Source: Oligoflexia bacterium (GTDB lineage: Bacteria > Bdellovibrionota > UBA1018). From it: a DNA stretch of 64,000 nucleotides. The notes under the pieces were generated by a model that was not told the origin of the DNA, did not search any database, and worked only from the letters and a program-made list of their open reading frames with translations. The stretch is from assembly GCA_963758495.1 (NCBI GenBank), contig CAVWVI010000004.1:608001-672000 (forward strand). Direction: 5' to 3'. Shown one piece after another: positions 32,967 to 43,151 of this stretch. The position numbers and the translations under genes were made by a program. The first letter of the stretch is position 1; every line of letters starts with the position of its first letter.

Positions 32967-33344
32967 GTGAAGCTTCCAAATTCCTTTAATCAAGATGGCT
33001 TACTACCCCCTGAGAATTACACAGCAACTTTGAACGACATTGACGGTTATTTTGTTTGTGCGGAAGAAAGATTTATTTCTAAAGATCTGCATCGAGACCT
33101 CAACGCGTTGGATCCGTTTAAAGTTTGGACTTGGGCTCCTCGAAGTAGAATGTCCGCGGTGGGTTCTCCAAAATTGCAACTTCCGATGTGGCATCAGTAC
33201 CGCGTAGAACTTTATCCACATTTTGGCCAAAGTTCTGGAATCTGCGACGCTAGAGGATATGAATTGGAATTTCCGTCCGCCTTTCGACAAACTCGCGAAG
33301 CCGGAAAACCCAAAGGGATTGTTCAATTATTAAGGGAGGGTTAA
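32967..33344 (+). CDS. Nucleotidyltransferase-like putative toxin (DUF6932-like), apparently internally shortened
   Basis: F..DGLLPP..Y N-terminus, NDIDGYF, C-terminal FRQTR..KPKGIV; paired with an HTH gene. Confidence 0.55.
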   Translation: MKLPNSFNQDGLLPPENYTATLNDIDGYFVCAEERFISKDLHRDLNALDPFKVWTWAPRSRMSAVGSPKLQLPMWHQYRVELYPHFGQSSGICDARGYELEFPSAFRQTREAGKPKGIVQLLREG

Positions 33345-33347
33345 CCT

Positions 33348-33812
33348 ATGCTCCGAACAGAAGCCGAATATCAAGAAGCATTGAATCGCCTTAAAGCTGA
33401 AAAAAAGCGAATGGATGATCATAAGAAAAAATTGAAAGAAAAAGGCCTTACCTCTGAGCAGATCGAGACGGCTCTTGAACCTATGGAGTCTTTCCATTTG
33501 CAATGGGTCGAAGAAGTTGAAGCCTACGAAAGACTCAAAAGAGGTGATCTAGGGGAGCTTCAGAATCTACATGGACTGGGAACTATGCTCATCTCCCTTC
33601 GTATTGCCCGTGGGCTCTCGCAGACAGATCTTGCTAATCGCCTTGAGATTGATGTTTCACAAGTATCCCGCGATGAGAGAAATGAGTATCACGGGGTCAC
33701 TGTTGATCGAGCTAGCAGAATTCTAGATGCATTGAGGGCTAATCTAAAAAGTAAACCTGAATCACCTATTTTCCCGGAGAAAAGTCCACAAGGGAAGAAA
33801 AAGGTAGCTTGA
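33348..33812 (+). CDS. XRE-family HTH protein (HigA-like antitoxin)
   Basis: MLRTEAEYQ helical N-terminus; LRIARGLSQTDLANRLEIDVSQVSRDERNEY HTH. Confidence 0.85.
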   Translation: MLRTEAEYQEALNRLKAEKKRMDDHKKKLKEKGLTSEQIETALEPMESFHLQWVEEVEAYERLKRGDLGELQNLHGLGTMLISLRIARGLSQTDLANRLEIDVSQVSRDERNEYHGVTVDRASRILDALRANLKSKPESPIFPEKSPQGKKKVA

Positions 33813-33822
33813 TACATGAATC

Positions 33823-33984
33823 AAAGTAGATGGCCTTTATAATCCAAAAACAGAGGGAGGGAGCCACTGGGCTGATCCTGAACTCAATATTCCATGGCCT
33901 GCGAGTCATCGTACAGTTTCAGAGCGAGACGAAAAACTACCGTCATTTGCGGCTTACAAAAAAACCCTTCCTGACTGGGCATAG
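33823..33984 (+). repeat. 162-bp direct repeat, copy 2 (displaced rfbC 3' fragment)
   Basis: Encodes KVDGLYNPKTEGGSHWADPELNIPW...DWA*, with no start codon of its own. Confidence 0.95.
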
Positions 33985-34121
33985 CATTTTGATTTAAAGA
34001 AAGCCGTTTGTTATGCCGAAAAATTATATATTATCATGGGAAATTATCATATAATTTACTGTTTTTATTAATACTTAGCCCATAATATTGACATTTTATA
34101 TGGGATATAGTAATTTGAATC

Positions 34122-35319
34122 ATGAATCAAATGAAACCTATGGCCATCAACGAAAATCAAAGAATCAGTCCGGATGCACTGATCTCAGCACTCAAGAGGA
34201 GGGATTCTTCCTTAAACGGTCTGGCCAAAGACTTAGGGGTAAGCTCGTCTAGCTTTCATCGGTGGGTACATACCGACAAGGCAATTCCTAGAAATTTGAT
34301 CTGGGAAATTGGGATGAAGCTCGATCTCGACAAGGAAGAAATGGATACCCTGTTGATGGTACCGAAGTATCGCACTTTTTTTGGCGGCGATACCTGGGCG
34401 AGGTACCCGAAGAGACGCGAAAAAATGCGATCGAATTAGCCAAGACCTATCTTAATTTATCTACGCTTCATTCGGATGCGAGATTTTGTCCTACAGACCT
34501 ATCGTCAGAAGACAATCCAGAAACAGTAGCGGAGCATGTCAGACGATATTTTACTTTTCTCCAACCACTAAGTTTGCCCCAGATGCTTACTCGGTTAAGA
34601 GAAGTAGGCGTCGAGGTAGGGTTTGTGCGGTTTGCTGACTTCTGTGCGGCTGCCACCGATACTGATGTTAAGGAAGATGCATTTTCTGTAACAGATGAGA
34701 GCCGATTTTGTATTTTTTGCAATACTGAATCAGTGAATATCGGAAAGCTTCCTTTTGTTGTTGCACACGAGCTTGCCCATCTTTTTCGTAGCAACGCGAA
34801 AATTACTAAAAACGAAGAGCAATTCTGCAATCGTGTAGCAGCCGAAATTATTCATCCAAAAATGTATTTTTTAGAAAGGCAAACTGCTTTTCAATTAATT
34901 TTAGATAGTGGTGATAGAAACGCAATTATCGGGATGATAGATCAGATCGTCGATGATTTGGGCGGTGAATTCTGGGAGTATCACTTCGGCTCGAGCAACT
35001 CGGGCTATTAAAGCCAAAGCACAAATTTCTTCTTCAGATAGGACGAGAACGCAATCAGCGAAGTGAATCTATCGAGACGTTATTTTTTCAAGATATTCGT
35101 TCTCCAGAGCTCAGTGACTTATCAAAGTTTTGGAATGACTCAAAGCTGATGTCAAATCCTGTTTATCACTACTACTCTATTGTGAAACGTGGAATACAAA
35201 GCGAGCGGATGACACCACGATCCTTTTCTACTTTGTTTAATGTCAGTTTTGCAATCGCTGAAAGTCTTAGCCCGAAGTTGGAGAGCACAATTCCAGCACG
35301 AGTTAGAACTCAATCATGA
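34122..35319 (+). CDS. HTH plus ImmA/IrrE Zn-metallopeptidase fusion (about 399 aa); two -1 frameshifts near 34380 and 34975
   Basis: SLNGLAKDLGVSSSSFHRW HTH; FVVAHELAHL (HExxH) and EEQFCNRVAAEI; a third frame is open from 34981 to TGA at 35319, overlapping the next ATG. Confidence 0.75.
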
Positions 35320-35888
35320 CTAGAATTGTGATCGGGGATACCAGCGCAATCATTCAGCTCGCTATCATTTCTTTTTCTTTTTTTGCTTTTCTACCGGACC
35401 TCGAAATCGTTATTCATGCTAAGGCGATGGTCGAAATTCAGGGTATTTACACTAATCCTGATGCCAATGAAGCAATTAAGCCCTTTTTAAAACACATTAT
35501 CGATAATGTTGGGACGATTAGTAAATATACTGAGCCCACTACAAAAAAATATTCTCAAATGGATCAGTTGATACAGGCAATCGAAAGCGGAATGTCTGCT
35601 CCAAAGTCTGCCCCGACTGACAAGAATGATCGATTTTTTCTCATACTTGCGAAACACAATAACTTTCACCTTTGCACTCGGGAAGGTACTCTTTATTCTC
35701 TAGCAAGAGAAGTTTTAGGCATTGAAAAGGCATGGGGTGTTTCGGACGTTATTGACTATGCAGTAAACATGGCCTTGATACGGAGAGATGCAATTCAGGA
35801 AGGGCTTAATCGCCTTGCAGAGACAGGGGAGACCCTTCACCGTAGATGCAGAGAAAATCTAAAAGATTCTGGCTATAGAATTACCTAA
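35316..35888 (+). CDS. PIN-domain protein (putative ribonuclease toxin)
   Basis: IVIGDTSAII, E in helix 2, D.ND...L.LA...LCTRE..L; translationally coupled to the HTH-peptidase gene. Confidence 0.7.
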   Translation: MTRIVIGDTSAIIQLAIISFSFFAFLPDLEIVIHAKAMVEIQGIYTNPDANEAIKPFLKHIIDNVGTISKYTEPTTKKYSQMDQLIQAIESGMSAPKSAPTDKNDRFFLILAKHNNFHLCTREGTLYSLAREVLGIEKAWGVSDVIDYAVNMALIRRDAIQEGLNRLAETGETLHRRCRENLKDSGYRIT

Positions 35889-36020
35889 GAATGGACAATC
35901 AGCACTCACCTAAAACTTGGCCGGATTTTAACCCTTGATTAGCATTTGCAAGGAAGTCCACTCCTAAACATTGACTCGACCTGAGTGATTGAGAGATAAT
36001 AACAATGGAGCCGTTCAATC

Positions 36021-36764
36021 ATGCCTAAACTCACAGTCATTGTCCCTGTCTATAATGAAGCTCGCGATCTCGAAAATGTAGTGCGCTTTCTTTTGAAGGT
36101 CCCGTGTCCCATGGAACGAGAATGGATTTTTATCGATGACCACTCGACTGATAAAAGTTTAGAAATTCTCAAGAAACTAAAAGCTGAATTTGGTTTTCAA
36201 TTACTCGAACAACCTGAAAATCAAGGAAAAGGTGCAGCGATTATCTTAGGTATTACAAAAGCTACAGGTGACTATATCATTATCCAAGATGCTGACACAG
36301 AGTATGATCCTCACGATATACCTTCTCTACTTCAGCCGATATTAGAGGGGAAAGCAGATGTTGTTTACGGAAGTCGATTTAAAAAGAGTGCGCTCCAAGT
36401 ACATCGCACTTATCATTATTTCGTAAATCTTTTATTAACTGTCATAAGTAATTTACTCTCTGGAATTTATCTTACTGACATGGAGACTTGCTATAAAATC
36501 TTCCGAGCAGATTTACTCAAAAGCATGAATTTACGATCCAAAAGATTCGGAATTGAAGTCGAGATGACTGCCTATGTTGCAAAAACCCGAACTCGGATTT
36601 ATGAACTTCCCATCTCTTACTTCCCAAGAACACGACTCCAAGGAAAAAAAATTAACTGGAGAGATGGGGTTGCTGCTCTCTTTCATTTAATCCGATTTAA
36701 TCTTTTTACAAGTCCTGAAGAAGCATTTAAGAAGAAATTTACAGGTAATGCATTACAACGATAA
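36021..36764 (+). CDS. GT2, dolichol-phosphate mannosyltransferase-like
   Basis: [48 protein letters not shown]. Confidence 0.9.
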   Translation: MPKLTVIVPVYNEARDLENVVRFLLKVPCPMEREWIFIDDHSTDKSLEILKKLKAEFGFQLLEQPENQGKGAAIILGITKATGDYIIIQDADTEYDPHDIPSLLQPILEGKADVVYGSRFKKSALQVHRTYHYFVNLLLTVISNLLSGIYLTDMETCYKIFRADLLKSMNLRSKRFGIEVEMTAYVAKTRTRIYELPISYFPRTRLQGKKINWRDGVAALFHLIRFNLFTSPEEAFKKKFTGNALQR

Positions 36765-36930
36765 AATGAATCTGCCAAAAGAGCAATAGTTGGAAGCTTT
36801 TGAGATGCGTTACTCATAATTTATTCCTACTTTATGAGCAAAGTTAAACCTTTTAAAGCATAATCTTCTCTACACTTTCTGTTCCTGTTTTTCCTTGCAT
36901 TCATTGCGTACACCTATCAAACATATTTGA

Positions 36931-38193
36931 ATGAAAACATTCTGGTCGACCATTCAAGGCTCTAAAAGTCTACCTGCTTCGGTATTCATGTTCTTTATTT
37001 CTATTTATCTCTATTTCCCAGGACTGATGAGCGTCGATTCGGTCACTCAGCTAGAACAAGCTTATGCACACCAGTACTTAGATTGGCACCCCCCCATTAT
37101 GAGTGTTCTTTGGGCCTTGCTCAACCACATCTATTTTGGTCCAGCTCCATTTTTGATTTTGCACAATCTTGTTTTCTGGGGAGCCTTGGGCCTTTTTGCT
37201 GAAATTATTTTCGAGACAAGAACAAAAGCGAGCTGCTTCATCATCGGAATTGGATTATTTCCAACTGTCATTACCCAAACTGGGATCATTTGGAAAGACG
37301 TGGGGTTTTCATTTTCATTGTTTTTTATCGCTGTAGCGCTCTTCGCGATCCAGGAGCGCAGAACTATTTTAGCACGACGAAAATTACTAGTAGCTCTCAT
37401 TCCCTTCCTCTTTTATGCAACAGCGGTCCGAGCAAACTCAATACCTGCAATTCCCTTGGTTCTATTTTGGGCGCTCTCGATCTATTGGCCCGATTGGACT
37501 TTCTTGAAGCGAGCATTCCTATCAGTCGCAACTACATTTTTATTCGTAATCGCCGTATTGATCTTTAATCGTGCCGTTACGAGTGGTGAATCAGCCCATC
37601 TGGAGCAGCAAATTAAGGCTTATGATTTAGTAGGTATCACAATGAAGACAGGTCAAATCTTGGTGCCAGAGTATGTGAAACAAAAGCAATTAGTAGGTCA
37701 CAATGAAGATCAAGAATCGGTCCCCATTCCCAACATATTGCGCAACCTGCTCCCCTAAGTGTCCCAAACAGAGAACGACATCACTGGATCCCCCTCGCTT
37801 GAATCGCTTTGTGAATTACAGATGATCAGAAATGAATTAATTTTATGACTTCTACATGCTACCTGTAAGAGGGAATGTGGGGAAATTTTTGGTATAGTAG
37901 ATTGTTATATTGTTTTGATAATTTAATTTGTTTTTATTAAGTAAGGTTTAAGGGATATTTTTGATTAGAGGTTGGTTTACACGCTCTTGTGATTTACTTT
38001 GCGCCCGATGCTGTAATCATAAATTAAGGTGATCATCAGCCTGCATGCAAGTCGAAGTGCATTGTTATATACTGCTGGGTATTTTTTCTACAATCCAAGC
38101 TGCGATCTACGGTATTTATATTGGCCGATTCTTGCTGTGATTTTTTCGTTTGTCGTATTGATTTGGGGAGTTCGTCAAACCCGAAATTTCTGA
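36931..38193 (+). CDS. Multi-pass membrane protein (GT-C-like); frame disrupted at about 37750-38050
   Basis: YFPGLMSVDS..Q, DWHPPIMS, IWKDV; C-terminus SALLYTAGYFFYNPSCDLRYLYWP...RNF* recovered ending at 38193. Confidence 0.6.
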
Positions 38194-38420
38194 GCACTCT
38201 AAAAGTATGCTATTCAAAACATTTGTCGTTTCTATGGGTGAAACTCATATTCACCTTTAACCTCAATATCATAAATTAATATGATTTATAAATTAAAAAC
38301 ATATAACAAATTCACAGATCACTTATATTGGACTTCAAAATAATAACTCCCTAAACTTTGCTTGATTGTGCTTATCAGAGAAGAATTAGCAGATGATTTT
38401 TTGACTGCTTACCCCTGTGC

Positions 38421-39860
38421 TTGACCATTACAGGATACGACTTGAATGGCCTCGTCTCTGCTGCCTCCAATTTGGCATCAACTCTAGACACACCTCCAGA
38501 AAGTACAAACCCCACGCCTGCAATACCAGGCGCATCTTCAACTCTCAGTTTGTCTCCCACATCATTAACTCTCATTACTGGCGAGAGTGCTACTTTTAGC
38601 ACGACTGGAGGGACACCCGCATATACATATAATTCATTGCTTGGTTACATCAATTCAACAACAGGAGTTTATGCTGTACCTCTGGGTATCAGTCCAACTT
38701 CCGACACAATCAGAGTCAATGATAATTCTGGAAATCAGACATCAGCAAATGTAACCATTAGCGCATTTCAAAACTGAAAGATTCTTACTGTGGAATGGCG
38801 ACAGGACTCTTGGCTGAAGGCAGCTCAATTACGATTGATTCAAGCGGAAATATCTATGCTGCTGGTCTAGTAATGGATCCTTCTTTCGGCTTTATACTGG
38901 ATCGTAAGAAAAAGTTCTGATGGTGGAATCACGTGGAACAACGTCGACGTCTACCAATATGCGGCCGGAGCTCCTGCATGGGCGAATGCGATCACAGTAG
39001 ACTCAACCGGCAATTTGTACGCTGGAGGCCAAGCATGGAATATGCCTAACGGTGGTCAAATATACGGAGTTGTAAGAAAAAGTTCTGACCAAGGAAACAC
39101 TTGGAGCACCGTCGATACTTTTCAGGATATGCCTCTCATTTCCGGTAGCGGAAATGGCGTAAAATCCATCGTCACTGACACTTCGGGTAACGTCTATGTT
39201 GCAGGGTCCAATGGAGGGTGGATTGTGAGGAAGAGTAGTAACGAGGGATCTACGTGGACTACGGTAGATTCATATCAATCGACTCCTGGAAGAGCAGCAA
39301 GTGCTAATGCAATCACTCTAGACAACTCAGGGAAGATTTATGCCGCTGGGTTTGGAACAAACTCATCAAATATGTGGCAGTGGATCGTAAGAAAAAGATC
39401 TAATGCAGGAACCATGTGGAGTACAGTCGATTTCTACAATTTAGACAGCGGACACTTTGCACTACCTAATGCTATCTCCGCAGACTCTTCGGGTAACGTC
39501 TACACTGCTGGATTTGAAGGAGCCTTCAGCCCTGGAGTTTTTTACCCACCCTCTAACTGGATTGTAAGGAAAGGGACGAATCATGGAAATGCCTGGGCTA
39601 CTGTTGATTCATCCCCAACTCGAGAAATTGGCGCCATGGCAAGTGCGATCACAGTCGACACCTCTGGTAATGTTTACGTCGCCGGTTATAGTCACAATAA
39701 TTGGACCGTAAAGAAAAGTTTTAATACTGGAACTACCTGGACGATTATTGATAGTTTTGGTGGAGGATGGGGACCCGCTGGAGCCGCTTCAGCGTCTGGA
39801 AAAATTTACGTAACTGGCATGGCAGGTAATGACTGGCTTACACGAATTCTATCTCTATAA
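38421..39860 (+). CDS. Surface protein with an Ig-like module and an Asp-box/SBBP-like beta-propeller; frameshifted near 38770-38900
   Basis: GGTPAYTY module followed by six repeats of W.VRKS.D.G.TW.TVD...I..D.SGN.Y.AG. Confidence 0.65.
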
Positions 39861-40140
39861 TTGAGGATAAGGAAGGTTATGATCTCATTGAATCCTTCGA
39901 TCAAGAAGTCAAAATAGTCAAATATTTGACGTGAGATTCTCAGAAGAAAGTCTAGTAAATAAAGCTTAGATCCTTATCTCCCCTTTTCGCATTCGGTTTT
40001 AAATCAACTAGACAGATTATGAACACTCATGAGTCATTACTCAAGCTGCTATCCATCAATCAAATAAGCTGAGTCATTTGCCAATCTCAGACGAAATTTT
40101 ATTAAATATTATGCTTTATTATCAACACATTGCATTATAT

Positions 40141-40170
40141 TTATTGTTTTATATTGTTTTTTATTGTTAT
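40141..40170 (+). promoter_or_regulatory. Three phased 10-bp direct repeats (core TATTGTT), candidate operator
   Basis: TTATTGTTTT ATATTGTTTT TTATTGTTAT directly upstream of the AAGGAGG RBS of the 40196 gene. Confidence 0.45.
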
Positions 40171-40195
40171 TTTGACGATAATATAAGGAGGCTGA

Positions 40196-40633
40196 GTGAT
40201 TGAAATATGGCTGACGGAACCTTACTACCGGGATTATCGAAAGAGAAAAGGATGGCTGTTCGATGAAAGTGAGAAATATAAGTTGTTTGACTTGACCCAA
40301 ACCCTTCAGAGAAATTGGCCAAAATGTGCCACCGATCCCTCGATCCCACCAGAATTGGGAACAGGATCACGCCTCTACTATCTGAAGTGTGACTTCACCC
40401 TACAACAAGCAACTTTTCGAGTGGCTTTTGGATACCATGATATCCCTGGGACCCAGGGAAGATTGGTAGCTTTAACCTGCCGGACTAAAGAGGAGCTATC
40501 CCGAGGGTCACAAAATGGAACCGCTGCCTGGTACGATCACATAGCCACAGTCGGAAGAGCTCGCTGGCGCGACTACCATACAGGCCACATCGCGGCCTGG
40601 AGAATTTACCGTTCCGATGGAACCACAGGATAA
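40196..40633 (+). CDS. Hypothetical protein, possibly a divergent RelE/ParE-fold toxin
   Basis: Strong RBS; IEIWLTEPYYRDYRK...LYYLK...FRVAFG...LVALTCRTK follows RelE-type secondary structure order. Confidence 0.5.
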   Translation: MIEIWLTEPYYRDYRKRKGWLFDESEKYKLFDLTQTLQRNWPKCATDPSIPPELGTGSRLYYLKCDFTLQQATFRVAFGYHDIPGTQGRLVALTCRTKEELSRGSQNGTAAWYDHIATVGRARWRDYHTGHIAAWRIYRSDGTTG

Positions 40634-40644
40634 AGGAGGTCAAT

Positions 40645-41187
40645 ATGAACGCACTCATTCGAGCAAAAATAGACTCAGTACATTACCGCGCCGGTATTTT
40701 TGAAACTGTTCTTAAACACTTTGGGAAAACTGTTGATTCTAGGACGGCCGAAAAGATCGCCGCCGTAGTTGACTTTGCTTACACGAATGACCTTCTTTTC
40801 GAGGAGTTCGAACTGTGGATGGAAAATAAGAATGACAAAGTCTTTCTCTATCAAGTCGACCATTTTTTAGAAAATAAGGACAAGAAGTCGCTTCCCTCTG
40901 AAAAACGCGACCTAACCGGAAAATCAAACGAGATTCAAGCAATCAAAGAACAAGCTGATAGAGATTTTGCGAAGAGTTTTGCGACAAAACTCCAAGCATT
41001 GGCACTGGAGCGCGGCCTAAAAACCAATCAGGAACTTGGCGAATTCCTTGGAGGAATGACAGCGGAGCAAGCACGAGTGCTCTTGGAGGGACGACATAAA
41101 CCCCAGAGAAAGACTCTTCTGAGAATAGCTGCGGCATTTGAAACCAAAATTACCGATCTAATTACCATCGAATCGCTCAGCGACTAG
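40645..41187 (+). CDS. Protein with a C-terminal XRE-type HTH (putative antitoxin/regulator)
   Basis: AGGAGG RBS; RGLKTNQELGEFLG...LLEGRHKPQRKTLLRIAAAF. Confidence 0.7.
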   Translation: MNALIRAKIDSVHYRAGIFETVLKHFGKTVDSRTAEKIAAVVDFAYTNDLLFEEFELWMENKNDKVFLYQVDHFLENKDKKSLPSEKRDLTGKSNEIQAIKEQADRDFAKSFATKLQALALERGLKTNQELGEFLGGMTAEQARVLLEGRHKPQRKTLLRIAAAFETKITDLITIESLSD

Positions 41188-41257
41188 GTCCGTATCCAGA
41201 CTCCTGATCCATTTGTTACAAGAACGCCCCCCCCTGATCACTTTGATGTTGTTCCGA

Positions 41258-41286
41258 ATTTTGGTGATTTTGGTGATTTTGGTGAT
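41258..41286 (+). repeat. 9-bp tandem repeat (ATTTTGGTG)x3
   Basis: Seen directly, intergenic. Confidence 0.85.
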
Positions 41287-41363
41287 GCTGAGCAACTACA
41301 TTTGCGTCCAGGAACTGGCCACTCGATCTCGATTATTTCGTTAAAACGCTGGTATAAAACCAA

Positions 41364-41651
41364 TCATCCGTCACCATAGACATCGTTGCGATGTTTAATG
41401 AGGACAATGATCACAATATTCTTCTGCATATCAATACGATAAACGATCCGATAATCGCCGACCCTAATTCTACGATGGCCAATAAAACTATAACGAAGCG
41501 GTTTCCCCAAACCAATGGGATCAACAGCCAACCGTGTTCCAATTGCACCTTGTATGCGACTACGCATAGTTTTTGGAAGAGCAGAAATGTCCTCTTCGAC
41601 CACGGTATCTAGATATTCAATATCAAATGGCTTATTTCCAGGCTTTGTCAT
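41364..41651 (-). CDS. relE: Type II toxin, RelE/ParE family
   Basis: GKPLRY...RRIRVGDYRIVYRI...IKHRNDVY. Confidence 0.9.
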   Translation of the reverse strand: MTKPGNKPFDIEYLDTVVEEDISALPKTMRSRIQGAIGTRLAVDPIGLGKPLRYSFIGHRRIRVGDYRIVYRIDMQKNIVIIVLIKHRNDVYGDG

Positions 41652-41853
41652 GAGGTACAGTTTTCTTTGATTTATTTTCGCGTTTCATTGCCATTTCTGA
41701 CAGGAGGAGATCTTCATGCTTTTCTAAGGCGTCTTCAATGAGCTCTTTAGCCACGACTGACATGGATTTATCCTCTTGTTTGGATATTTTTTCCACCATC
41801 TCATAAAGCTGATTATCCAAGACAACATTTAATCGGGGATTCTTTGTAGGCAT
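41632..41853 (-). CDS. Ribbon-helix-helix antitoxin
   Basis: MPTKNPRLNVVL...SMSVVAKELIEDALEKHED...HDKAW; overlaps the toxin start. Confidence 0.85.
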   Translation of the reverse strand: MPTKNPRLNVVLDNQLYEMVEKISKQEDKSMSVVAKELIEDALEKHEDLLLSEMAMKRENKSKKTVPHDKAWK

Positions 41854-41879
41854 GAGTAGCCTCCTTTTATTTAACTCTT

Positions 41880-41908
41880 AGTGTCTCACTAGTGATGAAC
41901 TATGTCAA
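41880..41908 (-). promoter_or_regulatory. Promoter/operator of the RHH-RelE pair
   Basis: TTGACA on the minus strand at 41908-41903, 17-bp spacer containing palindrome TCACTAGTGA (41886-41895), -10-like GACACT. Confidence 0.55.
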
Positions 41909-42077
41909 CAGGCTTTTTTTAAGTTAAAACTGAGCTTGGTGGCAGTAAAGCCGCTTTGATCTAGGAGAGGTCATTATGAAAAAGGAACCTACCACCAAAG
42001 AGGGGGATGATGATGATGATGATGATGACGTAATGCTCGTGAAGGACTCTCTGGTTTGATCAGCGGAACCCGAACGT

Positions 42078-42455
42078 TCACATTCCTGGAATCTTCAGAC
42101 ACGGCATGATCTCCACCGACTCGCCCGGGAAGATCATAAAATGCGGGTGGTCCTTGAAAATCTTGGCTGCAGCCGCATGGGAGCTGGCTTGGACGACAGT
42201 AAAGGCCCCCATCTTGTTGCTTGTGTCGGCGACGCCCTTGCGATCCACTCGCTTAGTTTCGCCGAGCGGGGCACCCATGTACACGATCGCCTTTTTGTTT
42301 TTAGCAACCCACGCGTGCCACGCTTGAATTCCGGCAGTTTCACGCTCCTGCCTGATCTTCGCAGGAAGTTTTTCCCATTTCTTCATCGCAGCTGAACTGC
42401 CGATAAATACAGCGAGAAAAGTCTTGGGGGCGATTTTCTTTTTTGAGTTTGTCAT
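42078..42455 (-). CDS. YciI-like (YCII-related) protein
   Basis: AW.AWV...GAPLG.TKRV...FTVVQA.SH.AAAKIF.DHPHF...VEIMP; likely start MTNSKK at 42455. Confidence 0.75.
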   Translation of the reverse strand: MTNSKKKIAPKTFLAVFIGSSAAMKKWEKLPAKIRQERETAGIQAWHAWVAKNKKAIVYMGAPLGETKRVDRKGVADTSNKMGAFTVVQASSHAAAAKIFKDHPHFMIFPGESVEIMPCLKIPGM

Positions 42456-42521
42456 AGAGTAAGTATAAAGCCACTTCCGAGAAAATTCCAGACGAAACCT
42501 CCGGCCATTAAACAATTGCTT

Positions 42522-43115
42522 TCACTTATTACATTTTCTCCATTGAAGGTAGTAAATAATACCGGACTTACTATTTGGGCTATCAACGGAGGCCATCGCC
42601 CCCTCTTGCCCTGGATTGGTCATTACCTTCAAGAATGAACTCACGGTCAGATTAACATCTTTCCCGCAAGGCGACCAAACAACCGCTTCTGGCACAAGAG
42701 TATTTGATACAAGATAATCCTGATTTAGGTCGCCGACAAATAGCTTTGAATAGTGAGGGCCTCCTTGGTCAGCAAAGGAATAGTCGACCGTCAGAGTAGT
42801 TCTGGCTTCAGTAGGGAGATTATTCAAGCCTCTGAAATCAACCTGGAACAAAGAAACGCTGATCCCCTCCGGGACATGTATAGGGATTATAAAATTACAC
42901 TTTTTTCTGTCTAAAGCTCTGCCGGTGGTACCCCCTACTTCAGCCTTGTATTGGTCAAAAAGAAGGCTCATAGTTTTTTGATCCGGACTCAGAACTGCTG
43001 AGGCCGTTCCCTCTGGACACCCACTTCCACTGTAAGTGAACTGACCTAAATGAATAACATCAGCCATGGCCGGTACTGTCGAGAACAAGGCTATTAATAA
43101 GAAACTTTTCTTCAT
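42522..43115 (-). CDS. DUF4360 secreted protein
   Basis: Signal peptide; YSGSGCPEGT, LLFDQY, RKKC, VWSPCG, QWRKC. Confidence 0.85.
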   Translation of the reverse strand: MKKSFLLIALFSTVPAMADVIHLGQFTYSGSGCPEGTASAVLSPDQKTMSLLFDQYKAEVGGTTGRALDRKKCNFIIPIHVPEGISVSLFQVDFRGLNNLPTEARTTLTVDYSFADQGGPHYSKLFVGDLNQDYLVSNTLVPEAVVWSPCGKDVNLTVSSFLKVMTNPGQEGAMASVDSPNSKSGIIYYLQWRKCNK

Positions 43116-43151
43116 ACGATATCCCCATATTTTGGCATTAAAATGCCATTA

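Noticed and set aside
38800..39860. Periodic DNA similarity that might be a CRISPR array or DGR repeat
   Set aside because: Explained by degenerate protein propeller repeats; no identical repeats with spacers, no cas gene or reverse transcriptase
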